DNA from: Eledone cirrhosa
Taxonomy: Eukaryota
Length of the DNA: 64,000 nucleotides
Assembly: GCA_964016885.1 (NCBI GenBank)
Contig: CAXHJY010001288.1
Span: 114,291 to 178,290 of the forward strand
Direction of reading: 5' to 3'
Part shown: positions 14,151 through 26,081 of the stretch, one piece after another
Layout of the letters: each line of letters begins with the position of its first letter
Numbering within the stretch: position 1 is the first letter of the stretch
The notes under the pieces: generated by a model
Database searches by the model: none
What the model was told of the DNA's origin: nothing
What the model saw: only the letters and a program-made list of their open reading frames with translations
Made by a program: the position numbers and the translations under genes

Positions 14151-14394
14151 GAGGCGCCGGATGGCAAGAGGACCCCTTGTTTCAATCAAGAGGTCAAATA
14201 TGCTATGTGAGCAAAGGAGGCCTACACAGTTTGGCCACGTACCTTCACTTGAATTAGACCGGTGATTATTCGTCTCTCTTAATGATATCTACACTAGTTT
14301 ACATTTCTATATTTCCAATTTGTATTGCACCAGCTTTCCCAAAACAATCATAACCACATATCTCACAATAATATATAAAAACTAAACTGTAATT

Positions 14395-14608
14395 ATTCCT
14401 AATTTAAGTACAAGGACAGCAATTTTGTGAGGAGGAGAAAGTCAATTATATCTACCCCAGTACATGACTGGTACTTTATTGCAACGATATCGAAACAATG
14501 AAAGGCAAAGTTAACTTCGATGGGATTTGAATTCAGAAAGTAAAGAGCCAGAACAAATACTGCGAAGCATTTGTCCGACGCTCTATCGACTCTGCCAACC
14601 CACCGCCC
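14395..14608 (-). mobile_element. tRNA-derived SINE, family A (diverged)
   Basis: Matches the family A consensus within the window. Confidence 0.8.
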
Positions 14609-14710
14609 GTAAACTAATCTATAATGATATTTGTAATTTCTCGATCAGCTTACCGAAGTATGTAATGTTGGTATATTGGTATTACATAGGAAGCAATGTA
14701 AAGTAATAAA

Positions 14711-14903
14711 TAATCGTTTCTACTTTTGGCACAAGACCAACAATTACCCCAGTGCGTTACTGGTACTTTATTTTATTGACCCCCGTAAGGATGAAAGGCA
14801 AAGTTAACCTCGACGCGATTTGAACTCAGAACGTAAAGGGCCATAACTTTATGCTGCAAAGCACGGCGTCTGACGCTCTACCGACACTGCCAATCCACCG
14901 CCA
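14711..14903 (-). mobile_element. tRNA-derived SINE, family A
   Basis: Full-length copy of about 190 bp. Confidence 0.85.
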
Positions 14904-14957
14904 TACATTCAACACTGAAGCACACACCGATACGATGGACTGGAAAAAAACGATGGT

Positions 14958-15241
14958 CTTCCGTCGGTTCCGACGATGAGTGTTCCAGTTGTTCGATTAA
15001 CCGAACAGATTTTTCATGCAATTAACGTATAAGTGGTTGTACATTGCACATACATGGGAACCCATATCGTAATTCTCTGAGAGATGTAACATGACACAGT
15101 GTGACAAGGCTGTCTCTTTGAATTACATCTACAGTTCATCCGATGGGCTTCCAAACAGTTTCCCTCTACCCATGATACCACACCCTGAGATCGACTTCGA
15201 GACCCCATGTCTGCAATGCGAACCTCTTAACCATTCGGCCA
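14958..15241 (-). mobile_element. tRNA-derived SINE, family B
   Basis: Similar to 41313-41562; tRNA-like head near 15241. Confidence 0.7.
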
Positions 15242-15773
15242 TCCCCCCCCCCACACACACACAATTAAATTAATTTTAATATCGATCAGATAAAATGTTA
15301 TCTAATGAATCTCACTTCCCGTCTTTTTAAATCACGTAGAAACCACGCGAGAGTAACTCTTTCCATCCATGATGAGCGAAGTACGAGACGCTTTATAAAT
15401 ACTTATTAGACTCACAATCCTTAATGCATGAGATCATTACTCATTGCTTCATTTAAATTGGGAAATATATTTACTTCCAGATGAGTGACTGATATTGCTT
15501 TAAACATGGCCCGAAGCAGATTAAGCTATGAACTAATTTTTAGATTTGAAACTGATTAATTAATATTTCTATCAAGATTGGTTTATATGAAACACTAATT
15601 CGATTATTTCTATTACATGCTAGCTCCACAGTAACCGTATCTTGCACAAATGGAATAAGAAATAGCAAACTACTGTAAAACATTCCAGATAAATATTTAA
15701 CTTCTTAAAACGAACGCACAGGTAAGCTCTTGATAATGAAGCTTGAGGTTCCAGGTTTGATTCTTGGTATTAA

Positions 15774-15988
15774 GGGCGGTGGATTGGCAGTATCGGTAGA
15801 GTCGGACATCATGCTTTGCAGCATAGAGTTACGGTCTTTTACGGTCTGAGTTCAAATCCCGCCAAGGTTAACTTTGCCTTTCATCCTTACGGGATCGATA
15901 AAATAGAGCACCAGTAATGCACTGGGGTCGATTTAATCGACTTTCCCTTCCCCCCAAATTACTGGCCTTGTGCCTATAGTAGAAATCA
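15774..15988 (+). mobile_element. tRNA-derived SINE, family A
   Basis: gggcggtggattggcagtatcggtaga...gagttcaaatcc (A and B boxes)...ctttgcctttcatcc...tagaaat. Confidence 0.9.
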
Positions 15989-15999
15989 TTCTTGGTATT

Positions 16000-16570
16000 A
16001 ACCATTTCACCTGCTGCGACACGTTCTCCGCCTCCAACTTAGTCGCTTCGGCCACAAACTCCGGCATCGCAGCCCGCTCCGCAGAAGAACGTAAAATAAA
16101 CAAACACCGGGGTTTGTCCGGCCGCTTCCTCTTGGCACCGGTCACCGTCGAGACTTTAGGCTTACTTGGACCCCGTACTGCCGAGCTCCTCCGCAAGATT
16201 GGAACATCGTCGGCCCGTCTGAGGAGGGAGCTCCATGAGGTTGGATGGCTGTTGCAGCGGGTGTCACTAGCCATCGTCCGGGGGGGATGCTTTTGCCGTC
16301 TTGTCAGCGGGGCGCAGCACTTCTGCTCCCTTGCCCTAGGCCCAAATCCCCCCCCCCCTCCTCCCCTTCACCTTCCCCTCTTTTCTACGACACCAGAGCT
16401 CTTGCCATTCCCTCTCCTTCCCTTCCCGTTCTTTTTCTTCTCTCTTTCTCTCTTTTATTTTCTATATTTTCCTATTCTTTCTTTCCTTTTGTTTCCCCTT
16501 TTTTATATTTTTTTTATTACTAAGACAAAATATTATTGAAGAGCGGCTCGTGAACATGAAACTCAATAAA
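16000..16570 (+). mobile_element. CRE-like non-LTR element 3' fragment (restriction-like endonuclease)
   Basis: FTCCDT...GIAARSAEERKINKH...PVTVETLGLLG...LLQRVSLAIVRG; pyrimidine-rich 3' UTR and aataaa. Confidence 0.75.
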
Positions 16571-16597
16571 AGAGGTTGGTTTTAATATTATTGATAT

Positions 16598-16755
16598 GGA
16601 CAGTGGATTGGCAATATCGGTGGAGCGTCAGACACCATGCTTTGCAGCATAGAGTTACGGCCCTTTACGTTATGAGCTCAAATTCGCCCTGAGGTTTGCT
16701 TTGCCTTTCATCCTTACGGGGTCGATAAAATAAAGTACCAGTAATGCACTAGGGT
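16598..16755 (+). mobile_element. tRNA-derived SINE, family A
   Basis: Family consensus match. Confidence 0.85.
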
Positions 16756-16982
16756 GAGTGAATTTGTGTTGTGTTTATATTTATATACTTATAAATGTAT
16801 ACATATTCACCTCAGGCATTTTTCGAGTCCTTGAAGAGTCCCATCGAACCCCAAAGGTTTATTTCGACCACTTTCGAGACCCCTGTCCTAGAATGATGTC
16901 CTAACAAGAACAAGTGGTCTCTTACTCCCGGTAGGCTAACTGCGTGCTCAAGCACAAACCCGAGTATTTCTATGTCTTCGCG

Positions 16983-17075
<93 letters not shown>

Positions 17076-17281
17076 GCTAAAAAGTTATCGTTATAGGTAA
17101 TCCAGTTAGAGTACTCCGCGTCGTGGATAGTTTTAATGTACGGCTTTGTTTGACTCAACAAGATGTTTCCATAGTTATACAGCAAGTTCGCGGTAATTTC
17201 TATGCAGGTTATAGTTGGAGTAATAATAGTTAAAGAAAGAAGAGTAACATGGTTGGCTGTTCAATAAGGGCTTTATTTAAA

Positions 17282-17392
17282 GTACTGACAATTGTTTCGT
17301 TGATCAGGTGTGTCTAGAGTTCGCTAATCGCTTGAGGTTGCGTCAATCGATCTCCAATACATTGTTTACAACTGGTCAATACATCAGAGCAC
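17282..17392 (-). ncRNA. Hammerhead variant with about 80-nt stem II (3' pLTR)
   Basis: Minus: gtgct CTGATGT attgaccag...ctgatcaac GAAA CAATTG TC agtac. Confidence 0.65.
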
Positions 17393-17987
17393 ATAGATAT
17401 GAAAATAGACACTCGAGGCAAGACTTATATAGAAAAGTAGCGTAACACCAAAACAATAACATCAATAATAAAATAGCGTATAATTAAAACAATAACATCA
17501 GTAGTAAAACATATATGGTAAATAGATAGAGAAGTTACAGATGTAAAAAAGTGAAAAAAAAAATAATAATAAGAAGAAAATGAGGAAATGGGGAATACAA
17601 AGAAATAAAAGAGTGATAGAGTGTACGTAGAATTAGATTTTAGTAGTTTTTGAGGAAGTGTTTTTTGGTGTTAACATGAGAAACCAGATTTGAGATGTAG
17701 ATAAATTTGTGTGGAGGGTGCGATAAAAGAAAAGACAATAAATTAGAGATTAATTGATGTATACTTGTATGGTATTTATGTGCTGACAGGGCGTTTGATA
17801 AACGCTTGTAGATGTTTTGCTGATTGTTCTATCTTAATGAGGTTGATGGAGAGACGGTGGAAGTGTACAGAGATTTATGGTCCAGTGATCATTTGGCAAT
17901 TTGATAGCTAATAGTGGTGCGATAGTGAGTATTCTATATGTTAAAATCTAGGTGGTTCAGTACTAATTCTGGGATTACTGGTTCAAA

Positions 17988-19900
17988 TCATGGTGGTTTG
18001 AAGTTCGTAAATCTAGTAGCTATTTTATGCCTACAGAAAATGGATCTTTCTATTTTGCTGTTAAGCAGCATCCTATCGTACCTTAAAATATGTAGCAGTT
18101 CTAAATTACAGAGCTCGCAATGGGACATACCGTTGCTGTAGGCTTTTGCTGTCGATAATTTCGACCAGCTAATCTTATATTCTAGGTTTTTGTCCTTAAG
18201 CTGCCAGATTTTATTGGCGAGCGTTGTAGAGTTCTCCAGTGCGCGGTTCCTCATGGAGTATCTGTGGACGTACCACCTTTTCTTAAACTCCCCAGTTGTG
18301 GAACCTATGTAGTGCCAAGTAGAGTTGCCTGAATTCACAGTACACAGGTATACCATGCTTGAATCCAGGCATCTATTCCGTAGTGGCCACTTATCCGGTA
18401 AGTGGCAATTACAATTTGAGGTTTTATTTTGTGCAGGTTTGTCGTTGCGGTTTTGTAAGTTGTTGTGGGTGGGTTTTGATTTAGGCCTATTAATATTTTG
18501 TTGTGATCCGTTCTGATGCATTTGTGATTGTGATGTTGTTATGTATTTGTGTTTTGTATTTGGTGCTATGGTGCGCGTTGGTAGGTTAATTTCTTTAGAG
18601 ATATTTTTGTGGTTGATCTTACGTATCTGCGATTCTATGTTGGCTGCAGTAGAGTAGGAAAGTTTTATAGTTTTTCTATTGAAGATTTTATGGTATTTGT
18701 GTAGTGTAGGGAAGTGTTTATCTATTAGTTTAAAGAATGTAGAAGGTAATTTCTTTCTCTTTCTCTGGTTGTTCTATAGTTTTGGGGGTTCCTATTATTA
18801 GTGTTCTGTTCGGTTATTTTTGTTATTATTTTCTAATTCTATGTTTAGTCCTATGCTTGTTATTTCTGTATGAGGGGATAGTTTTGATGTCATTAAGTTT
18901 GTTGTTGTTGTCTCTGTCTAGTATGTATTGTAGCTTCTCCTTATGTCCAGCCTTATGTAAAGCTATACTATAATAGTTTGCGTGTTCGTTAAACATTTCT
19001 AAGTTCGGAGATAGGCGGGATATTCTGAGGGATATACTATGTGCTATGGAGTTAATTATGGATCGGGGGTGGTTTGAGTTGTAACTAATGTAGGCTAGAT
19101 TTTCGTTATTCTTATGGAAGGGCTCTATTAATCCTGTGTTTAGGTTGAGAGTTACAGCTAAGAAATTTGCTTTTTCTAGAGTTAAGTTTGAAAGTGATAC
19201 CTAGGCCTAGTTTTTTGAAGAATATTCTAATGTTTTTTCGTAATCTTTCCATGTTCTGATTATTTAAGTTTTTGGCTATAAGGAGCGTATCGTCTCTATA
19301 AATTCCTCCTTGGAAGTTATTGAATTCCTTATGTAAGTTGTGCGCTATATATATTCCCACCACGTCCGTTATTTGCGCTGAGTCGTTAGATCCCATTGTG
19401 ATATCGAAGCTATTCTGTCTGTCTTTTCGTTCCCAGTAGTTATTTTCGAATTTAATGATAGTTCTAGCAGCTAGTATTATTTTAATTTCGTCTGAGGTAA
19501 GGTCCGAATTATTCTGGGCAAAGGTTAGCGCTTAACCCAGGGTGACTGGGGAAATGGATGAGTAGTAGTCATTAATGTCGAATTGTATGAAGTTATAAGT
19601 TTCCCTATTGCTTATTTTGTTGAACCAGTCTATTGCTTCGTTAGTGTTACCCCATAGCTTAATTACTAGTTTGTCCTTAATTTGTGCGATTACTCTATCT
19701 AGAATATACTTGCTAATTCTACCGATATCCGACTTAGATGGGCATATTAATCTAATTGTGGGGTCTGTTTCAAAATTATTTTTGTGATCCTTTAGGTTAA
19801 ATGTGGGGTTACAAGGGGTTAGAGGCTCGGTTCTATCGGATATTTTCAGTTTTTTTTAACTATGCTCAGTCCTTCCTTATTAATGCTAGTGAGTGCAGAT
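17988..19900 (-). pseudogene. PLE RT / GIY-YIG endonuclease, disrupted
   Basis: LKDHKNNF...RLICPSKSDIG...QFDINDYYSSI; MGSNDSA...IYRDD; CNC...MVY...YIGST...FKKR...CELC...LN...CRH. Confidence 0.85.
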
Positions 19901-20067
19901 TCAGTTGTTTTTTTTTTTTTGTATTTTCTCTATCTATTTACCATACATGTTTTACTATTTATGTTATTGTTTTAATTATACGTTATTTTATTATTGATGT
20001 TATTGTTTTGGTGTTACCCTACTTTTCTATATAGGTCTTGCCTCGAGTGAACTATTTTCATATCTAT

Positions 20068-20178
20068 GTGCTTTGATGTGTTGACCAGTGGTAAACAATG
20101 TATTGGAGATCGATTGACGCAACCTCAAGCGATTAGCGAACTCTAGATACACATGATCAACGAAACAGTTGTCAGTAC
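20068..20178 (+). ncRNA. Hammerhead variant (inverted 5' pLTR copy)
   Basis: gtgct TTGATGT gttgaccag...atgatcaac GAAA CAGTTG TC agtac. Confidence 0.6.
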
Positions 20179-20227
20179 TTTAAATAAAGCCCTTATTGTA
20201 CAGCCAACCATGTTACTCTTCTTTCTT

Positions 20228-20329
<102 letters not shown>

Positions 20330-20336
20330 GTGTTCG

Positions 20337-20680
20337 GGAGGAAGAGTAGCAGTCATGACCCCTCTTTAGGGCTTCAGTGACAAGTGGAAGGAAGAGTGGC
20401 GGCTGACCCTTTTTAGAGCTTCAGTGACAAGTGGAAGGAAGAGTGGCAGCTGGCCCATTTTAGGGCTTCAGTGACAAGTGAAAGGAAGAGTGGCGGCTGA
20501 CCCTTTTTAGGGAATCAGTGACTAGTGGGAGGAAGAGTGGCAGCTGACCCTTTTTAGGGATTCAGTGACTAGTGGAAGGAAGAGTGGTGGCCGGCGCTTT
20601 GTATGGCTTCGGTAACTAAAGGAAGTAAGAATGGTGGCTGACCCATTTTAGGGCTTCGGTGCTGGTGGGAGAAAGGAAGG
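20337..20680. repeat. 47-bp minisatellite, about 7 copies
   Basis: Unit ggaaggaagagtggcggctgaccctttttagggcttcagtgacaagt. Confidence 0.9.
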
Positions 20681-20739
20681 AGGTTATCTTCAGATCAGAG
20701 ACTGCCTGAATGCCCCCAAGCTAGTGGATTCTTCTAAAG

Positions 20740-21166
20740 CAGCGATTCCCAAACTTTTCTTTTCCAAATACCTTTTTTATTTAAAGGAATTTTCCCACGG
20801 ACTTTCTTCATCCCAGTGCTACAATCACTCCCATTCCAGATTATCTATGCTGTGATAATAGCAACCAAAAGAAAGACGTGTTTATACTTAGAGAAGAATG
20901 GATACCCAATAGTGTGTGTATGTATAATATGTTTATAACTACCAAAAGAGAGACGTGTTTATACTTAGAGAAATGGATACCCAATAGTGTGTGTATGTAT
21001 AATATGTTTATAACTACCAAAAGAGAGACGTGTTTATACTTAGAGAAGAATGGATACCCAATAGTGTGTGTGTGAAAAATATGTTTATAATAAAGAAACT
21101 GAAAAAATGAATTTAACTTGCGCAATTCCAGAATTTCTTCTCCAAGCCTCAGGTTGAGAATAGCTG
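20740..21166. mobile_element. hAT (Charlie-like) non-autonomous element with an internal repeat of about 73 bp x3
   Basis: TIRs cagcgattcccaaac / ggttgagaatagctg; TSD degraded. Confidence 0.6.
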
Positions 21167-21227
21167 CTCAGAAAGGAGCCCAATTACTGGACAGTCGTGT
21201 GTAACTTGGTGTCAGACAATCACTCCC

Positions 21228-21487
21228 CCCGCCCCGCCGCCGCCTCTGCCACCGCCACCACCTCAACTACCACTACCAACAACAACAACCATCAACACCA
21301 CCATCACCACCACCACCACCACCACCAACAACAACAACAACCACTACCACCACCAACAACACCACCACCACCACCATAACCACCTCCACCACCACCAACA
21401 ACACCACCACCACCATCACAACCTCCACCATCACTACTACCACCACCACCAACAACAACACCACTACCACCAACAGCAACAACAACA
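21228..21487. repeat. (CAC/CAA)n tract
   Basis: Direct inspection. Confidence 0.95.
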
Positions 21488-22141
21488 GTTGTGATCATGT
21501 CAAACCCAAACAGAGTAAAATTATCTGAGAAGGTGTTAATGGTACATTGCAATTTACCGTGATATAATTTTACGTTTCGTCACGTCACATTTTGAAAACC
21601 GTTCCGTTATTTTGTAAATTTAATCATTATGTTAGCGACATTAATTATGGTTGTCAGTTATTGAAAACTATGAACTAGTAAAACGTGGTAAACTGTCTGA
21701 TTCGATTAACTTAATGAAACCTTTCGTAAGATTCATTTGTGAGATTCTTACTAACGAATCTAACCGACCAGATGCTGTACTAATATAGTCTGATTTTATA
21801 AAGGAGGGAAAGTACTTAGATTGTAATGCTTAGTGTTAACGAAACTAAAACATTAAAATACTTAGCTATCACATCTAGAAAATCGATAAAGACAAACAAG
21901 AAAATATTTAAATACAGAAAGAATTTGTAGATTCATTTAAAATATATATATATATATATATATATAAATACATAAACGGAGAAAGCTAATAGCGATACTC
22001 CGGCCAAATTCCAACTCACTCAACAAACATTAGGAAATATCTGAGTATATTCCTAATTAAATATTCGGGGTGCTAACTATATTGTATTGTGTGGAGAATT
22101 GGCTGTATCATTTCATATGAGATATATCAAATATATCACTT

Positions 22142-22264
22142 CCCAGACGTCTCGTTTCATTATAAGATTTCTACAAGTTGGGTGAAATTATACCAAATTA
22201 TGTAGAAGCTTGTATAAGATCAACAGATACTTATACAAGTGGGCTCTTATAATTCTTCAGTGGG
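22142..22264 (-). ncRNA. Apparently intact type I hammerhead ribozyme with branched stem II
   Basis: Minus: CCCA CTGAAGA ATTATAAGA [two hairpins] TCTTATAAT GAA ACG-aga-CGT C TGGG; full core, GUC site, all three stems pair. Confidence 0.85.
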
Positions 22265-22489
22265 TGCCCAATAATATTAATATTGATAACCAAATCAACA
22301 TCAATATTTAGCTATAATCACCATCAGTGCTTGAGGTAGCTACTAGGTTGTTAGTCCAGCAGTTCTAAAGAAAATCTCACACTGTCCCGAAAGTGGGAGG
22401 AAGGAGGCTACCGCCAAAAAACCATTCAACGCGTCACCATGACTCGAACACACCGCCTTACGATCGTACGCCCAACATCCTTACCATTA

Positions 22490-22687
22490 AGCAAGGCGCC
22501 TTCATACAAATTCCTCACAGAAAAAAATCTGTATAGTATGGCTATAAGTTCTTTGTGGAAGTAATAGTTAAAGTTTTTTTAAAGTTAACTTTAAAAAAAA
22601 CTGTAACTATTACTTCCGCAAAGAACTTATAGCCATACTATACAGCTTTTTTTTTTCTGTGAGGAATTTGTATGAAGGTGCCTTGCT
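22490..22687. repeat. Spacerless palindrome of about 200 bp
   Basis: Near-perfect dyad centred on gttaac at 22584-22589. Confidence 0.92.
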
Positions 22688-22931
22688 GAATTTTATTTTC
22701 CACTAATTTAAATAATTTTTAATTTTGCTTGCCATCTAATATTTCTAATATCACCAAAGTTTAATAACATTTCTCCCCCAAAGATATTTACTATATCAAT
22801 TTGAAATATCTCCAAAATAAAATGGCGTATACTTCATTTAAAATGAAGATAATTAAATATTTTCATAAGTGATCATACAGAATATATGTGGTTATGTGTC
22901 CAATTTTATGTCTCAATATCTCTACCTCTAA

Positions 22932-23122
22932 TAATTGTTTCTACCTTTGACACAAGGCTAGAAATTACCTCAGTGCATTACTGGTACTTTATTTTATCGA
23001 CCCCGTAAGGATGAAAGCAAAGTTAACCTCGGCGGGATTTGAACTCAGATCATGAAGGGCAATAACTCTATGCTGCAAAGCATGGCGTCCGACCCTCTAC
23101 CGATACTGCCAATACACCGCCC
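22932..23122 (-). mobile_element. tRNA-derived SINE, family A
   Basis: Family consensus match. Confidence 0.9.
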
Positions 23123-23169
23123 TACTCTACACCTAATAATACGATCACAGATGGAGTGGGGGCAGCGTG

Positions 23170-23430
23170 CTTTAGTTTGTGGGAACCCATATGTAGGGCG
23201 TCTTGTGCTTCCAGTGGACAGAATGGGGGGGGGGGTTGATTCGGAGGATGGCGAGGGAGACGCGTTGACATAGCCATTTCAACTGACGAGTCTCGCTCCT
23301 GCGGTTGGCCAACTCTGCGTCAATAGCAGTGAGTAGGTAGGTGATCCGGGGACCAAGAACGCTGAACGATTCCATCCACTGCTAGAGGTAAACTTCAAAG
23401 ATACTCAGATGTTTTCACTTGTATTTTCAA
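23170..23430 (-). mobile_element. Second CRE-like RLE fragment
   Basis: ESFSVLGPRITYLLTAIDAELANRRSETRQLKWLCQRVSLAILR aligns to the 16000-16300 peptide. Confidence 0.65.
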
Positions 23431-23618
23431 TATTTACTAATGTAATATAATTGTTTCTACTTTAGGCACAAGGCCAGCAGTAATATAATATAATATAATA
23501 TAATATAATATAATATAATATAATATAATATATGATATGATATGATATGATATGATATGATATGATATGATATGATATGATATGATATAGTATAATATAA
23601 TATAGTATATAATATAAT

Positions 23619-23810
23619 ATAATTGTTTCTACTTTTGGCACAAGGCCAGCAATTACCCAGTACATTACTGGTACTTTATTTTATCGACCCCGTAAGGATG
23701 AAAGGCAAAGTTAACCTCGGCGGGATTTGAACTCAGACCATAAAGCGCCATAACTCTTTGCTGCAAAGCATGGCGTCCGATATTCTACCGATACTGCCAA
23801 TCCACCGCCC
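23619..23810 (-). mobile_element. tRNA-derived SINE, family A
   Basis: Family consensus match; (ATATG/ATATA)n at 23480-23620. Confidence 0.9.
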
Positions 23811-23824
23811 TAATATAATATAAT

Positions 23825-24259
23825 ACTAGCAGAATGGCCCGGCGTTACTCGGGATTCTAAACATAGATTGGCATGTTCACCCTCATTTCTGAAACAGTAC
23901 AGAGAAGTACGGAATGTCTCGGCCTCGGGATGGTGTCTACATTTTGTGCTTATAAAAAAAATTCGTCGTAGATTACCAGGGTTTTTTTGCGTGCGAAGAA
24001 AATCAATACTTTATCGCGAAATAAATACTTTTGTTTATATGGCATTTATTTTAAAATGAGTTTCATAGTGATGTCTGTTTTTCAGACCAGATACAGTTTT
24101 AGTGAAGACTAGCAGAATGGCCCGGCGTTGCTCGGGATTTGGTCTAGGGTTCTTATATATTTAATATATATTTATCCTATCCTTATCGAGCCTCGTGAAA
24201 TAAATACGTTTGTTTATATTTTGTTATTGTGTATGCAAAAATATCTGTACACGAATATA

Positions 24260-24354
<95 letters not shown>

Positions 24355-24848
24355 AGTACAGAGAAGTACGGAATACCTCGGCCCCGGGATGGTGTCTACA
24401 TTTTGTGATTATAAAAAAAATTCGTCGTAGATTACCAGGGTTTTTTTCTCATGCGAAGAAAATCAATTTTATCGCGAAATAAATACTTTTGTTTATATTT
24501 TGTTATTGTGTATGCAAAAATATCTGTACACAAATATATCCAGAAGCCGGACATTTTTTATGTAGGTGGACGGTACCTGATTTAGGAGCCGCAGAAACCC
24601 AAATGCTGGATTTTACCATCTTTCCAGGGGGTCCGGGTAAATTTTTCAATCATATATATTTTTATATTTGTTTGACCCGAATTACTTGATCGTATTTTTG
24701 GCTGTGCGAATGATTGTTTAAGCATCGTCTCAGTGTGTTGGTATTAAACGTTAGTTATAGCTCTGCTTCATTCGAACCATTGAGCACTTTGCCGCACATT
24801 TCGAAGATTGTTTTTCGTTATTTCGTGGGCCGAAGTTCCGATTCTCGA

Positions 24849-24855
<7 letters not shown>
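23825..24855 (+). mobile_element. Helitron/Helentron-associated (HINE-like) non-autonomous element with partial tandem duplications
   Basis: Start actagcagaatggcccggcgtt(a/g)ctcggga at 23825 and 24108; 23892-24040 recurs at 24351-24500; internal (TA)n. Confidence 0.5.
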
Positions 24856-24883
<28 letters not shown>

Positions 24884-24911
24884 GTGGTTACACAACAGTT
24901 AGTTCACCATA

Positions 24912-24951
24912 CCGAGAACAATTGTTTCACCTTCGCGGATCTTCAGCTCGG
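24912..24951 (-). ncRNA. Minimal PLE-type hammerhead
   Basis: Minus: CCGAG CTGAAGA tccgcgaaggt GAAA CAATTG TT CTCGG; truncated sister copy at 42760-42822. Confidence 0.7.
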
Positions 24952-24960
24952 GATGTGTAT

Positions 24961-25750
24961 GGTTATAGGAACAGGAAGGACAACCGTGCTCTAGGAAACG
25001 AAGGAGCGAAAGCTGTTAGCTGGGCCCGAGTGGCGGAGACAAAAAGTGGCAACAAGTTCACGATCCGGTCTTTGAAAGACAAAACGGACGCGTGCTACTT
25101 GACCCCAAGCAAATGTGCGCGGCCTTTCAGCGGCACTTTGCGCGACTGTTTGAGCAGAACGACAGTGAGCCGAACGGGGCAATGGACTTTAGTTCATACC
25201 TCGACGGCCTGCCGCGTCTCTAGAACACGAACGCCGAGTTCTGCGAAAGACCGATCACGGCCACTGAGATACGGGACACTCTGGGCCGCTGCGGTAAACG
25301 CAAGTCACCCGGTCTAGATGGGCTACCCTACGAATTTTACATAGGCATGCCGGACTTGTTCTCTGGCGTCCTCGAAGCCGTCTACTGCAATTGGCAGCAG
25401 AACGGGAGAATTCCCAGTTCTGCAGGTAAGGGCGTAGTAACGCTGAAGAGGTGTTGGAAAAGTTTCGGCTGAGTAATTTACGGGATACCATCACTGTACG
25501 ACAGTGGATGATACTTGGCCACGAATTACACATGCCCAGGAAGAGAGGGCCTCCTTCGAATGGAAACCTGAACGGTGATGGTGGTGGTAGGGCACATAAC
25601 AGGCAAGGCAGACCCAGCAAGATCTGGTTCAGGTCTGTGAAGAAAGACCTGTTAGAGACCTGTTAGACACGGGCTTTGCCTGACTGTGGAATGGAGACCT
25701 CTTGTCGCCTAATGTTCCATATGAAGCAAAAGGAACTAAAGAAGAAGACT
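24961..25750 (+). mobile_element. RTE-clade LINE 3' fragment interrupted by a Tx1 segment
   Basis: Removing 24985-25444 restores GYRNRKDN|EEVLEK...RQWMILGHELHMP; GRPSKIW downstream; aagaagaaga tail. Confidence 0.75.
24985..25444 (+). mobile_element. Internal Tx1 segment, copy of 27031-27490
   Basis: About 13 differences in 460 bp by manual count. Confidence 0.9.
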
Positions 25751-25867
25751 ATAAGTTTTCCAGTCTCGCTAAGCTTCTCCAACTAACTTTGTCACAATGA
25801 TGTATAAATTTAAGATTTATGACGTCATCTAACTTTCTCGAATTCATTTTCGATGTTTATATATTAG

Positions 25868-25952
25868 AAGGCAGATGGTGTCCTAATGGCGTCTGTCGAG
25901 AAAACCAGAGATGAAAGAGAGGAAACAAGCTCATCAAAGAAATCATCAATGC
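25868..25952 (+). CDS. Candidate host exon of unknown gene
   Basis: tttatatattag acceptor and gtaagt donor; open frame KADGVLMASVEKTRDEREETSSSKKSSM; unique sequence. Confidence 0.35.
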
Positions 25953-26081
25953 GTAAGTAACATTATCTGCTTATCTATCTATCTATCTATTTTCTTGTAC
26001 GCCCTTGTGGCTAATAAAGAAATATATCTTATCTCTCTGTCTGTCTGTCTGTTTGTTTATCTGTCTATCTATCTATCTATC

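Noticed and set aside
15774-15870. tRNA genes at the SINE heads
   Set aside because: A and B boxes are present, but they continue into a SINE body, are multi-copy and show TSDs; no clean cloverleaf.
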